A DNA stretch of 64,000 bases from Octopus vulgaris (Eukaryota): contig OX597826.1 of NCBI GenBank assembly GCA_951406725.2, forward strand, positions 4,030,001-4,094,000, read 5' to 3'. How positions within the stretch are numbered: position 1 is the stretch's first letter; the number at the start of each line of letters is the position of its first letter. A program made the position numbers and the translations under genes. This document shows, one piece after another, positions 30,911 to 46,489 of the stretch. The notes below the pieces were generated by a model. It did not search any database. It was not told the DNA's origin and saw only the letters and a program-made list of their open reading frames with translations.

Positions 30911-31550
30911 TAAATATACACACATATACATACTGATACCCATATACATACTTATACGTTTCCTCCTTTCTTTAAACACATTTGCTAAAAGTGCGTGACT
31001 AAATACGATCATGTATTTTTTACGTGTGTAAGTGAATATCTCTGTAAATGAGCGGATCTCTATATCTGTACGTGTGTGTTTCTCTGTCTGTGTGTGTGTG
31101 TCAGAAGCTGTGTGTGTGTAAGGATTCGTATTTGTAAGTGTCATGCTAGAGTATTCTGATCATTTTTCATTACACTACTCATATAGCATGGGATTGAGGA
31201 GGTATATATATCTTACGTAGTGGCGTCTGGGAAAATATTTTTTCAAGACAAATGTACAACACGTAGACACTAAGATACCCATAGACATAAAATTACACAC
31301 TTTCATACACACACACACACACACACACACACTTCCACACCCGAACACACACTTCCACACCCGAACACACACACGCGCACAAACACACACAGATTATGAC
31401 GCACATATTACTCGTATACGTTCGCTTATAACGTTAATGTTATAGACACGCTGAATTACCAAGTATTAATTCATATATATATATATACACGCATATATAT
31501 ATATATATAGGCTATATGTAGATATGTATCTATATACATGTATTATGTGC

Positions 31551-31609
<59 letters not shown>

Positions 31610-31613
<4 letters not shown>

Positions 31614-31724
31614 TTTATAGCTGCACACATACATGCATATATGAATGCATATATATATATATATGTATATATATATATGATACATGCATTCATATATGCA
31701 TGTATGTGTGCAGCTATAAATGAA
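31610..31724. repeat. Perfect ~41-bp inverted repeat around (TA)n
   Basis: ttcatttatagctgcacacatacatgcatatatgaatgcat / atgcattcatatatgcatgtatgtgtgcagctataaatgaa. Confidence 0.9.
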
Positions 31725-32895
31725 AATCGCTCTCAATATTTATGTGTGTCTTTCTTTTTATGAGTATATGTATGCATGTATTAATTTATTCATAGTGAAC
31801 TACATACCAGCTTTTATTTATTATTTTTCTTTTTCTTTTTTTTTTTGGTAATTGGAAATATAAGGAATAGCTTCTTTTTTTTTACATTCGAGAAACACGA
31901 TTTGAGTCTACTGTAAAAGTAAAGAAAATAATTACGCTAGCGGATTTCTCTCACCGAAGGCATAAAAATAATATGTTTGTGACGAGTTTTTAGCATACTT
32001 ACGCCTCCTCAGTAAAGCCTTGCCCATGTTTTGTTTAGGGAGTGATAAGCAACGGTTTACAGTGGTGTAAGTAATGTATTTGCTTTGTAAAGGTATCTAA
32101 TGTTGTGTATAATCTTAATGTGTCTTATGTTCATAGATTATCCAAAAGCCTTATGTCACTCATTTATATACATATGATGAATTCTCTTGTCGTAAAAAAC
32201 AAAAGAGGGCTCAGTATATACAACTCAATTTCAATGGCTATGAATTTGAAATGGGTCGAATGTTGGCCGACACGAAATATTCATTGACCATGGTTCAGAC
32301 ATATGGACAAGCTGAAGAGTAATCTCTCAACAGTAAATTTATCTCACAAAAATTTTGTGCAAACAGCCTTGGAGCGAACAAGATGGAGATCGTCGTATCA
32401 TAATGGTACAATGGACGTTGTCTCAACTAGCATTAGCAGAATAAGGAGCGAAAGAAAAGGAAGAAGAGTGGCAGCAAATATCCAATGAACCGTAACCCTC
32501 ATTCTTGCGACATCTGCGAGCTTCTTTGGAAATCATTGTCGGGATTTAAGCGTCACATTCGGCATAAGCATTATGACTGACAAATAGACCCTCATACAAT
32601 ATATATATATATATATATATATTTCTTTATTAGCCAAACAGGGCTGAACACAGAGGGGACAAATTACAAAGTAGAGCTTATCTTTTTGGGGAGAAAAAAA
32701 GGGGGATAATGCCATGATGTAAAGTGTAGAGGGGGAAACAGATAAGGTTTATCCGTGGAAAGAAAAGCCGATGGAAAAGACCACGGTAACCTCGATATAT
32801 ATATTCTTTGCTCATTCATATTTTTCGAAAAGCATAAGCTCGAGAACGTCCAAGACATTTCCATTTTTCCAACAGATTTTGTTGTTCCCGGATAT

Positions 32896-32956
<61 letters not shown>

Positions 32957-33229
32957 ATCACACACATAAACACACACACACACATGCACACAGAAACATA
33001 ACCGCACGTGATTGGCGATTTCCTTTTGTCCTCCTTCGTCTTGGACTTTCCTAATTTTTCGAGTTTTCCAAGAAGAGCTATGCTTGAAACATAAAAGTCC
33101 TACTTTTTTCATATATGTATATATATATGTAAGTATGTATATATGTATGTATGTTTATATGTATGTATGTATATATATATTATATATATATATATATAAT
33201 AGATAGATATATTTATACGTAACCAAGCG

Positions 33230-33303
<74 letters not shown>

Positions 33304-33871
33304 TGTGGTTTAGCATTCTGGTGGACGGGAAAACAAATGATTATATGAGAGTGGTAACGTATTTGTCCATTCTAGAGGCAGCCAACGGCATACTTTAACC
33401 TAAGCTATTTTGCAGCGGTTCTTGCCGTGTCTATTTAATGGCAAATTATTATGCTGCAGTGGGAAATTAATTTGAATTAAAACGGAGTGTGACGAGCAGT
33501 GAAATGTATACATTTACGATAAATTAACTATTATATAAAGACTTCCATTGCAACACATCCCAATCGCCGTCGACGACGTTTTCGTCATCATCATCATCAT
33601 CATCATCTTCATCGACGCCGTCGTTGTCATGTGTAGCAGCATTATATTACATATTGTAATCTTATCCTTTAGTCGCTGGACTCGAACTCAGCATGCATCG
33701 ATATTAATGTAAACAATTTCCCCATGCTGCGACACAGTCGACGCTGTTGGAATTTGGACGCGTTGCGTCGCGGAGGGAAAGAAAATACTCTAAAATATTT
33801 GGGTGCGGCACCTCAATAATTTAGCCTTGAACCTTGTAATAAAGATGCACATGAAAATAAATAAATACATA

Positions 33872-33909
<38 letters not shown>

Positions 33910-34199
33910 GTTGAATAAATAAATAAATAAAACGTCTCACTATCAAAATTTATCTGAGTAATATTTTCTATTAAATATTTAAGTTATTTCATTACTATAA
34001 GTATGTTTAGAAAGACGAGGGAAATTTAGAAGCCATACAACTCTTGGAGAAAAAAGTCATTTCTTTGCAACGTTTCGTATTTCTATTATACATAATCAAA
34101 TGTATGTAGACATGGTTTTATCATTGATGAAGTTGCTTCGATTCGATTCCGCTCCGACATTCTCTTCGTCTTTTATTTGTTTCAGCTCAAAGGGTGAGT

Positions 34200-34620
34200 T
34201 ACCCCTTGTATTGTCGTATTTTCAATGGCAGTTCTATTGTGATTGGCTGTTGGTGAAAGAGGGAGTTCGATATCACTGGCGTCGTTTGAATCTTTTGGTT
34301 TCTGGCCGAGATGCATGCTCTGTGTCAGACCTTCGAAAGGAGAGGTCAAGTCTTTTTTTTTCTCTTTCTTAGAAACATCTACCCCTACTCTATCTAGAAC
34401 TCTCAGATGGTTTGGTAACATATCAAATAGGCGTGGGACCTTTGAATCCCAAGTTATTACAGTGTATTGGCCTCACCCTAGGACGGGGAAGGTGATACAT
34501 TTGTAACAGTACAGTGACGTCCACTTCGGGGTCTTGTATAGCGTTCGATGTCAAATTTTGGTGCCAACCCTTCCAGGATCTGTCATATGTATACCACTGC
34601 ATAGTTCTACCATCTTCGCC
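34200..34620 (-). mobile_element. CR1-like LINE 3' remnant
   Basis: Across a frameshift: HCNNLGFKGP / RLFDMLPNHLRVL...DVSKKE...LDL, resembling the CR1 ORF2 C-terminus. Confidence 0.6.
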
Positions 34621-34721
34621 CCTTGGATTAGAGTCGAGACTCAAGTCTCTCTCAGTAGCATATCTATTCTTGAATGCAATCTTCCAGAGCAGAAGACCTG
34701 ACAGCTATTATTATTATTATT

Positions 34722-34858
34722 ATTATTCAGTAGTTTTATTTTTATTTTTATAGCGTGCTTTCACTTCACTACCGAGCACAGCTCTGTGTGCCTTGGGTAT
34801 GTGCTGTGATTTGTTGTGATGCTCTGATGGTTATTGTATGGAAAGTGTTCTGCGTAGG

Positions 34859-34860
<2 letters not shown>
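34722..34860 (-). mobile_element. R4/Dong-like LINE extreme 3' end in a (TAA)n tract
   Basis: ORF end ILRRTLSIQ-stop, short 3' UTR, (TAA)n on both sides. Confidence 0.6.
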
Positions 34861-34915
<55 letters not shown>

Positions 34916-34934
34916 ATTATTATTATTATTGTTA

Positions 34935-35013
<79 letters not shown>

Positions 35014-35025
35014 TATTATTATTAT

Positions 35026-35094
<69 letters not shown>

Positions 35095-35203
35095 CATCAT
35101 TATTATTAATATTATTATTATCATTATTATTAATATTATTATTATTATTATCATTATCATTATTATTATTATTATCATTATTATTATTATTATTATTATT
35201 ATT
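34858..35203. repeat. (ATT/ATC)n microsatellite
   Basis: Direct trinucleotide repeats. Confidence 0.95.
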
Positions 35204-35565
35204 GAGTGAGAGAGCAGTGCATTCCATCAAAGTGAAACTGGGGTAAAATATACGAAGCTCAGTATACCCATTATGACTACCCGTCCGATAAGGGTACACT
35301 AGGCACATGCATCAAAACCATAGGTGCGCGACATGGTGATCTCATATCAAGATAAACAGCACATGTCCTTGCAGGTGGGGCCCAGTTAGAATTTTCTTAT
35401 AACCAGTTTTGGACATGCTCAACTGGTTAAGGTAAAAAAACTGACAAGCAAATCTGTGGTATTGAGCAGAATATTTGCTGTAGCCCATGTTTTATACCAA
35501 GACAAAACAATGTACATGATAATACTTCCAATCAGTTAAGACCAGAAGCTATGAAAGCCACTGTC
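35204..35565 (-). mobile_element. Probable LINE 3' UTR or non-autonomous element ending in (TAA)n
   Basis: GC-richer block abutting the TAA tract; family not identified. Confidence 0.35.
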
Positions 35566-35627
35566 TTAACTTGTCTGTACGGTTTGTACTCACGAACACT
35601 ATCAATGGTATTTTAATACTACTATCG

Positions 35628-35677
<50 letters not shown>

Positions 35678-35679
35678 TG

Positions 35680-35738
<59 letters not shown>

Positions 35739-35980
35739 TGAGCTTAAATGAATAAGAAAAGCAGGCGGTTATCGTTGAATGTGTGGAACTGCGCAAACTG
35801 TTTGTAGCAGAAACACTTGTAGGTCTATTTATCCAACAAGTTTTGTTATATAATAAGCAGTAAAATTAATAGTGAAATTTGAAGATGCACCAGTCTCCGT
35901 ATTCTTTACAATTATTTGACACACTCACGCACACACATAAATACATATATTCATATATTCATACACACATACATACATAA

Positions 35981-36099
<119 letters not shown>

Positions 36100-36746
36100 A
36101 ATATACAGACACGCTCAATCATAAGCAAACAGTCATACAAGCCATGTTCTGATCTTGAAGAAAAGACATAAGCATAGAGATTCCATCGAAGATTACAATC
36201 ATCATTATATTCTCTATCGTGTGCTTCATGGTTTAATGCAAATTAGCAAATACAAACTTCTCTAAAATTTCCGACAATATCACGTTTATATGTTTGTTTG
36301 TTTCTTTTCTGTGTCTATTTACTTGCACTTTTGTATACCGTTGACATTAAAAACATTAAAGAATTAGAAAATAAGATTGGATGCCAGGAGATGTAATGCA
36401 GGGAAATGGAAGCAAAGTTAGAGTGTCAGAGAGTATCAAAGAGCAAATAGTAACGGGTAATGTCTTCAAAATCGATTACTAATTAAGAAATAAACATAGA
36501 GATTCAAAGGAATTAAGTATATTTTGTCACCAAGCACTACTTAATGATATCGATAGATTTTAATTTTCCATTAAGCTTTCCTATATCTTTTAAATTTTCT
36601 ATCTTTTCCCTACGTCAGAGTAATATGATGAAATATTTTCCTAGTTTAACGGTGATACACTTCGAATTTGCACATTTACAACATTCATTTTCTAAGTTTA
36701 AATTTTGAAGAAAATAACTATTTTATAAAACTTCCTGTATTTGAAA

Positions 36747-36780
36747 AGCCGAGCAACATGCAGTTCGTCGGTTTGCTAGT
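36747..36780 (+). mobile_element. Possible Helitron 3' terminus
   Basis: gccga...tcggt hairpin followed by CTAG|T. Confidence 0.35.
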
Positions 36781-36984
36781 ATTTACCCAAGATTAGCATT
36801 TAATTACAGATATAATATACTACATATTACATTTACAGATAAATGCCTCTATTTACATAATATTGAGGACTCTTTCATTCTTTTGTTTTTCTTACCATTT
36901 CTATCTATTTATTTAATTTATATTAAAATTTATGTATTGATTAAGTCTTTCCTTGTTTGGTTTTAAAATAGTGGTTTTGTCTCG

Positions 36985-37037
<53 letters not shown>

Positions 37038-37083
37038 TATATACATATATATCTATATATCTATATATACATGTATGTATGTA

Positions 37084-37200
37084 TGGCCTGCTCGCTTAGC
37101 CAGCGGGGTGGCGTCATTCGAAGGCTAAAACAATGCGAACGCATTGTGACCAGCGATGTGCAACAACATCTGATGGTCTGGTCGGTCACGTGATCAGGTG
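37084..37200 (+). mobile_element. SINE family C 3' fragment
   Basis: tggcctgctcgcttagccagcgggg...gtcggtcacgtgatca. Confidence 0.85.
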
Positions 37201-37284
37201 ATATATGTATATATATTTCAATATATATATATATATATATACACATATATATGTACATATATATCTATATATATATATATATAA

Positions 37285-37351
<67 letters not shown>

Positions 37352-37794
37352 TGTATATGTATATATATGTCTACATACACATATATATGTATGTATGTAT
37401 GTATGTATAATTACTGCCTGCCGGGATGGCTTGAAGAATTTATGTTTCAATAGATTGTGATCTCAAAGATTACTGTGAGCGCCATGTACAGGAATAAATG
37501 TTGGACTAGAGTTTGCTTGATATTTTCATATTCTTTTTTCTTAGTGAATCAGAATAGTCATTTGCAGTTCCAGTGACGAATGAGTAAAAGAAAGGATATT
37601 GCATAGTTAGAAGGAAATTCTAGATATTAGAAGTACTAACTAAGGGCATTTGGTCTCGAGTTTGTGTTTGACAAGGCCAAACAAAATATATATAATGACT
37701 GATGACTGATATAATTTAAAAAAGAAAAAAAAAAACCCAAAAAATTGAAACCGCAGGATCCTGTTATCGTTCATGATGTTGATGGTGAACAACA

Positions 37795-37918
37795 ACGATG
37801 ATGATGATGATGATGACGACGACGACGACGATGAAGATGACGAAGACGATGACGATAATGATGATGATGATGATGATGATGACGATGATGATGATGACAA
37901 CGACGACGATGACGACGA
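37795..37918. repeat. (GAT/GAC)n microsatellite
   Basis: Direct repeats. Confidence 0.9.
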
Positions 37919-38446
37919 AGTGGAGTTGCAACGTGCGGATGGGATGATGAGAATTAATGATGGTAATTAGGAAGTTTGTATAATGATGATAAATATGGCA
38001 TACATACAAACGCATACACAAACACACACACACACGCACATGCACATATATACATACACATATGTATATGATTTGGAGTATGCATGTATATAATTAAGTA
38101 TACATCATTCAGCATGTATTCATACGCGCAAGTGTGTATATATATGAGTGTGTATGAGTGCTTGTGCATATGCGTGTGACACCGACCTCTTTATCTTCAC
38201 CCATACGTAGAGGAGAGAGAGAAAATTATGGCTGCTTTTACGTCCAACATCTGTCTCTAATTCAAGTCAGGTTTTTGGAATATCGTGTGACTTTTAAATA
38301 AATGAATTTAAACATATATGCGCCGTGTGTGCGTATGTGCGTGCAGATATAGGTATGTATCTGCCTGTCAGTCTGTCAGCATATATATATATCCATATCT
38401 ATAGCTATATATATATATATATATATATATACATACACACACAAAC

Positions 38447-38537
<91 letters not shown>

Positions 38538-38589
38538 CGTATGTGTGTTTGTGTGTCTGTGTCTGTGTTTGTGTGTGTAGGACATCCTT

Positions 38590-38654
<65 letters not shown>

Positions 38655-38951
38655 CGTATGTGTGTTTGTGTGTCTGTGTCTGTGTTTGTGTGTGTAGGAC
38701 ATCCTTAGTCGGTCCCAGGTTTACATCTAGAAGACAGTATCAATTACTAGTGGCAATACTGATTATGTTGATATTCATCTGTGATTATTTTGACTTACGA
38801 CAGATTCCGTTACCGAAATACAGAGGAAAGACGCGTCAACTGACACAACTCTTAACTCCACGTGTCACACAGGCACATATCTTTGGTTTATATGATATTT
38901 GAAAAAAAAGCATATGCCTATGTATTAACATATATACTAGTACCTATATAC

Positions 38952-39026
<75 letters not shown>

Positions 39027-39089
39027 GAGAGAGAGATGGAAACGTAGATATAGTCGTATACATACATATATATATACACATATATATGC

Positions 39090-39120
<31 letters not shown>

Positions 39121-39481
39121 TGTGTATATACCTATATATATATATATTTATGATTATACACATATATATATATATATTCATATATACACACATATAAGAA
39201 TAAGTGTAGAAGGTTGTGTGTGTATGTGTGCGTGCATGTGCCTGTGGGTGCGTGCGTGTGTGCGTATGTATATGTGTGTGGGGTGTAAAAAGTATGCACT
39301 ATGTAAAGATAGATATAGGTGTAGATTAGATATAAATACCATATGGATATAATTATAAGAGCCATCTCTGTGCGTATACCGACATATATTTCACTACAGA
39401 TGTAGGTATATTGATAAATTGTATATAAAGATAGACAAATATTTGTGTGTAGATATATAAATGTATGTTTCCATGTATGTA

Positions 39482-39604
<123 letters not shown>

Positions 39605-39701
39605 ATAATCATAATTATATATACATAACGACATTATGTATATATACATTAATATATATATATATATACACACATATGCATATATGTATACCTATAAATA
39701 A

Positions 39702-39742
<41 letters not shown>

Positions 39743-39841
39743 TACATATATACATATAAATATAAATATATATATATATACATATATACATCTAAATATA
39801 TATATGCGTATATACAAGCTCATATATATATATACAGATAT

Positions 39842-39882
<41 letters not shown>

Positions 39883-39918
39883 TATATATTAATATACAGA
39901 CACGTGTGTTGGGCTCTG

Positions 39919-39951
<33 letters not shown>

Positions 39952-41060
39952 CTCTTTCTCTCTCCCTCTCTCTTTGTTTATTTGTATGTGTGCGTAGAGA
40001 GAGAAAGAGAAAACAAGAGAGATAGAGAAACAGCCGGAAAACATGATGGAAAGATTATAAAGTACAAATTATATTATCTTCAAATAAAACTATCGGATTC
40101 ATAATATTAGGTTGTCATCAACTTCATTTGGAATATTCTTCCTATTTGTCTGCACACCACTCTGTGATTTATTAGAATATTGGATTTATGTGCATGTACC
40201 TAAGTAAATATACATACATCTGCCCATGTATTTATATATTTATATATAATCATCTTTTACGAAAGTCTGATATTGTACACGTACTACGTATGTGAGCATG
40301 CGTGTGTGTTAATATAATGTGTACGTCTAGGTGTGTTTTCTGTGAGCATTTCTGTAGTGTTGTGGAAGTGTATCTCTTACATTTGAGTTATAAGTAACTC
40401 TTGGATTATTCCATGCTCTCACATCTGCAAATGTTTAAAGAAGTGTGGATGCATATACTTATATAAGTAGAAATCCTCATGTGTTGTGTTTCCCTTTTAG
40501 TTTTTCCTTTCAAAACACGATTCCTATACAGAAACATGTGTTAGAATCTGTCTATCATTCTCTCTCTCTATCTCTCTCTCTCTCTCTACCGCTCTCCCCT
40601 GTCAAACCCTTTTTCTCTGTCTCTCCCCTTCCTCCTTCTCCCCCTCGCTCTTTTCCTTTTTCTCTCTTTGTCTCTACCTCGCTTCGTGTATATGTATCTG
40701 TCTGCGCGTGGGTATTCGTATGTATGCATTCAGAGACATCCCTTGTGTCAATGCTATCGTGTGTGCGCGTGTGCGTGCAAATATTTATATCTATACACAC
40801 ACACACACAGATATATACATATATGTATACACACACATGTATAAATTAATGCAGACACACACACATACACACACATATATGCATATGCATGTGTGTATCT
40901 AGTGTTTGTGTGTGTGTGTGTAATTAGATATATAAATATTGAAGCACATTTAAATTTGCAAAGACGTACCTGTGCACTGATATATAAAACCTACAAACTT
41001 ATACGCATGTGTGTGTGAGTATGTGCGTGTGTGTGTTTGTGAGTGTGGGGGTGGATGCAT

Positions 41061-41467
41061 ACTCTTTACTCTTTTACTTGTTTCAGTCATTTGACTGCGG
41101 CCATGCTGGAGCAGCGCCTTTAGTCGAGCAAATCGACCCCGGGACTTATTCTTTGTAAGCCCAGTACTTATTCTATCGGTCTCTTTTGCCGAACCGCTAA
41201 GTGATGGGGACGTAAACACACCAGCATCGGTTGTCAAGCAATGCTAGGGGGACAAGCACAGACACACAAACATATACACACATACTTATATATATATACA
41301 TATATACGACAGGCTTCTTTCAATTTCCGTCTACCAAATCCACTCACAAGGCATTGGTCAGCCCGGGGCTATAGCAGAAGACACTTGCCCATGATGCCAC
41401 GCAGTGGGACCGAACCCGGAACCATGTGGTTGGTTAGCAAGCTACTTACCACACAGACAATCCTGCG
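41061..41467 (-). mobile_element. SINE family A
   Basis: Collinear with other copies. Confidence 0.9.
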
Positions 41468-41666
41468 GTGTGCTGTACTTTTGGTAACAATCAGCGTCGA
41501 ATAGTGTTATGCATAATTCTAATAAACGACAACATGCTTATACGTTTATCTATCAATCATCCATCATCGATATATGTATTCATCTATCTATCTGTATATC
41601 TGTCTGTCGGTCTATCTATTTAGCTATATAACTACCTATCCAAATATCTATCTATCTGTCTATCTA

Positions 41667-42530
41667 CAGGGATTGGACAAAATATTGGAAACACCTAGCT
41701 CCATAGAATCATAATTTTGATTCTATAATATCTATAAAACCGTCAGAAGCTTGTTTATTTCTGTGTTTTTGATTTATGATTTGTATGTATTGCATAATAT
41801 CTTTTGCAAAAATTTCTGTTTCTTTTCAGAAATCATCAGGAAATGGTAATTAAAATTCATTGAAATGACAGATCTATCGGACTTTCAAAGAAGTCAAATT
41901 ATTGGTGCTTTCAAAGAGGTCATCTTTTACCTTATTTCCGACCACCAGCCTAGTATACGTGTGGAGACAGACAAAAGATGCATTTGGCGCAGACTGCTTT
42001 CTTCCAACTGGTAAACATAGAGGAGAATCTGTGATGATCTGATGGAGCTATACCTTGGAAATCCGGCGGTCCAATGGTTCCCCTTCATGGCAGAATTAGT
42101 AGTCAAGACTAAGTATTTTATCTGATCAAATTCATCCTATGTCTGCGGAACTGCTTCCGGATGGAAATGCAATGTTTCAGGATGATAATGCACCAATTCA
42201 CACAGCTAAAACTGTTAGTGAATGGCACGAGGAACATTCTAGTGAACTTGAACACCACAGTTCCCAGATCTCAATATTATTGAGAACATTTATGGTGCAT
42301 TTTAGAAAATAATGTAAGGAGTCGATAGCCTCCATCATCATAACAAGAAGAACAGGAAACTGTTTTAGTTGAAGAATGGGCAAAAATTCCCTTGGAAACA
42401 ATTCAAACTTTGTACGAGTCCATACATCGTAGAATTCAAGCTGTAATTATTGCTAAAGGCGGTCCTACTCCATATTAAAATGAATTTGTTTCAAATTTTA
42501 CGATGCTTCCATTATTTGGTCCAAACCCGG
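41667..42530 (+). mobile_element. Internally deleted Tc1 element with TIRs and TA target duplication
   Basis: TA|cagggattggacaaaatattggaaacacc ... gatgcttccattatttggtccaaacccgg|TA; transposase pieces MTDLSDFQRSQIIGA, FQDDNAPIHTAKTVSEW, PDLNIIE, RRIQAVIIAKGGPTPY-stop. Confidence 0.9.
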
Positions 42531-42595
42531 TATCCATCCATTCATCATCTATCTATGCATTCATCTATCTAACTATCTTTCCACCTGCCTAACTG

Positions 42596-42696
<101 letters not shown>

Positions 42697-42709
42697 ATAT
42701 ATCTATCTA

Positions 42710-42747
<38 letters not shown>

Positions 42748-43482
42748 TGTCTGTCTGTCTCTCCCTGTATATAAATACATAGAGAGAGACAGAGAGAGTA
42801 AGAGAGCTACACAGACGGAGAGATAGACAGACAGGTGGGCAGACAGATATATAGATATATGTAGACGTATATACGTTAAGAGTGAAATATCGGACATTGA
42901 GAGTGAATGCTAAACAGCGCATTGGTGGATAAATGTCCTATATTTATGGTTTAGTAAGGTCATAAATGGTTTCGGTGAAAGATCTTCACAGTTGTTTAAG
43001 AATACTACGTGGAAATATTGGTATTCTTCTCAAGATCTGTGTAGATCTCCTCATGAAACCATTGGTAGCCTTGTTAATCCACAAAGAAACATTATTTTGT
43101 ATATATATGTATATGTATATATGTAAAAAATATATATATGTTTGCACATGTATAACTACTTATATATATATACACACATATACGTACACACATACGTGTG
43201 TGTAAAATCAAAATCAACAAAGTCTTTATGCAGCTGAAGATTGCTCTACATTTTAAATTGATATAGTGAAATGATTGCATTGTTCAATTAAATGGAGTCG
43301 TATGAAACGATCGTACTGCATTACTTCTGGATATCCTTGTTGCTAATTTTGATTATAATGACATTAATTTGAAATTGTATGTATAATACCATGCTACATT
43401 CTGGTGCCTCAACTTAAGTACCATATTCATCTAAATCTATATATTTGTGTGTGTTTGTATGTATATGTATATATACATATAC

Positions 43483-43525
<43 letters not shown>

Positions 43526-44007
43526 CATTTATGTATATATATAAATATATATAGACATGTATATGTATGACTAAATATATATAGACACGCATAAATTCAA
43601 CTAAACAGACTTATAATCTAATGCAGTTAACTAAATTATATATCACATAAATAAACTTCAAGCGTCTTAATGGCATCTACCTTGATAAACATATTTGTTA
43701 AGGTTACGTGTATTTTTGCACTATAACTGGGTATAGTGTAATATTTCAGATCTGGAATAGTAGAAAAAAAAAAGCCTTGTGGCGGATTCACTTTCGCCTA
43801 AACTGGAAGGTGAAAATAGTAGTTTTCCCATAGGAGGCCTTGCAGTGCTGAGGTATAATCATTACTCATCCATGCAATTAGAATGGGTTTTCTGTGCGTC
43901 TGTTAGTCGAATTATGTGATAGAATATACGAGTACGCATACAAACACAGGCACGCTCACACGTACGTACATACATACATACACGCCTTCACACACACACA
44001 CACACAT

Positions 44008-44077
<70 letters not shown>

Positions 44078-44102
44078 ATAGAAATATATATGAAATATAT
44101 AG

Positions 44103-44134
<32 letters not shown>

Positions 44135-44195
44135 ATATATTATATATATATTATACAACACCACAATATATATTTAATATCAACACACACACACA

Positions 44196-44232
<37 letters not shown>

Positions 44233-44271
44233 AATATAATATGACAACACACACACATATATGTTATATAT

Positions 44272-44422
<151 letters not shown>

Positions 44423-44717
44423 TGTGTATTTGCGTGTGTGTGTGTATTCATGAAGGTGCGTGTGAGTATAAGTATTAAACACAGCATGCTTCCATTCATA
44501 TGACAGTGCGTATGTATATAGGATACTGCCTTTTTATTCGAATATACAATCACAGACACACACTCAAGCATATCCTTAAATATGCTTTTATAAATTTCCA
44601 AGCACACACACATATACATACATACATACACACATACGCACATACATGCATGCATTCATACATAAATATATGGATATACAAGCATACATTTCTATATATT
44701 ATATATTGTATATTATT

Positions 44718-45128
44718 GGCTGTGTGGTAAGTAGCTTGTTTACCAGCCACATGGTTCCGGGTTCAGTTCCACTGCGGAGCAACTTGGGCAAGTGTCTTCT
44801 ACTATAGCCAAGGGTCGACTAAAGCCTGTTGAGTGGATTTGGTAGACGGAAACTGAAAGAAGGCCGTCGTATATATGTATAAATATATACGTGTGAGTGT
44901 GTGCGTGTGCTTGTGTGTCTATGTTTGTCTCCCCAACATTGCTTGACAACCGATGCTGGTGTGTTTACATCACCGTAACATTAGCGGTTCGGCAAAAGAG
45001 ACCGATAGAATAAGTACTAGGCTTACAAAGAATAAGTCCTGGAGTCGATTTGCTCGACTAAAGGCGGTACTCCAGCATGGCCGCAGTCAAATGACTGAAA
45101 TAAGTAAGAGAGTAAAAGAGTAAAAGAA
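44718..45128 (+). mobile_element. SINE family A
   Basis: Head ggctgtgtggtaagtagcttg to tail agtaaaagagtaaaag. Confidence 0.9.
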
Positions 45129-45152
45129 TACATGTATTTAAGCATGTATGTG

Positions 45153-45205
<53 letters not shown>

Positions 45206-45400
45206 GTATATATGTATACACACACCCATGTGTTTGTGTCTGTGTGTAGGTGTACTCGCACGCACAAGGAAACACACATAATTAACAGGTCATAGGAATG
45301 GTCTTATTCTGACAAAGTATTTATCATATTCAAAATTCACGACACACAATCCCACACATTCACCCACATATAAATACATATGTGTGTGTGCGTGTGTGCG

Positions 45401-45460
<60 letters not shown>

Positions 45461-45874
45461 ATGTGCAGGTATACACACATACATAAACGTGCGTGCTTAC
45501 ACACACACACATACGTTAGTGTAGGTGTGTTCCTACTGAGTGCCGATGATGAAATTTGATTTTCACGCAATCCTTGCACGGAATATGACGTCTTGTTAAT
45601 TATTAATCATAGACAATATCTTGTTCTGAATTTTAAGTCTGCTTCACATTTAGTTATTTCAGAGATAGTCTGGATATGTATATATATATATATATCGGGG
45701 TTAATGTATCATGACGTTACTTACATACATTTGCAACTACAGATATACATCTCTCTCTCTCACTCTCTTTCTTTATCTCTCCCGCTTTCTCTCTCTCTCT
45801 CTGTTTCTGTCTCTCTCCCACTCTCTCACTGTAGATACATATGTGTGCGTGTGTGTGTGTATTATATATATGTA

Positions 45875-45930
<56 letters not shown>

Positions 45931-46057
45931 ATAAATGTGTGTGTTTATTATATAGATATATATGAACATATATATATATATATATTCTATATATATTATA
46001 TATTCTATCTATATATTATATATTATATATAGACAGATACATTGATATATAGATAGG

Positions 46058-46121
<64 letters not shown>

Positions 46122-46489
46122 GTTATACGTAGATATCCATAGCTTTATAAACGTGTGTATATACATTATCGGTCATAATATAAGTTAGTAAGAACAGGTG
46201 TATTGAAATAGTTATTATAGAAGGTTAACACGTTGAGACTAGGTATTTTAGTCATAATCAGATTTATCTAATATCTATCTTTCGTGAAAATTCCAAGTGA
46301 ATAGAATAAATATTTCGTAAGTTATAAGGAAATAAACAAACACTCTTCCGGATTACTGTGACCAAAAGTTAATGGTTACTGAGATAAGATGAACTGGTAA
46401 CCGAGGTATTTGTTGTTTAGAAGATTGCTAATTGGCTAACAGTGACTTCTTATAATCTTACATTGTTGGAACTGTCAGGCTGCTCGTGA

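Noticed and set aside
34755-35308. Poly-L, poly-N and poly-I ORFs (also 8693-9356, 59878-60338, 37640-37970)
   Set aside because: Trinucleotide microsatellite translations
38533-38709. Short tandem duplications separated by (TA)n (also 27600-27662, 30740-30850)
   Set aside because: Ordinary slippage or possible assembly duplication
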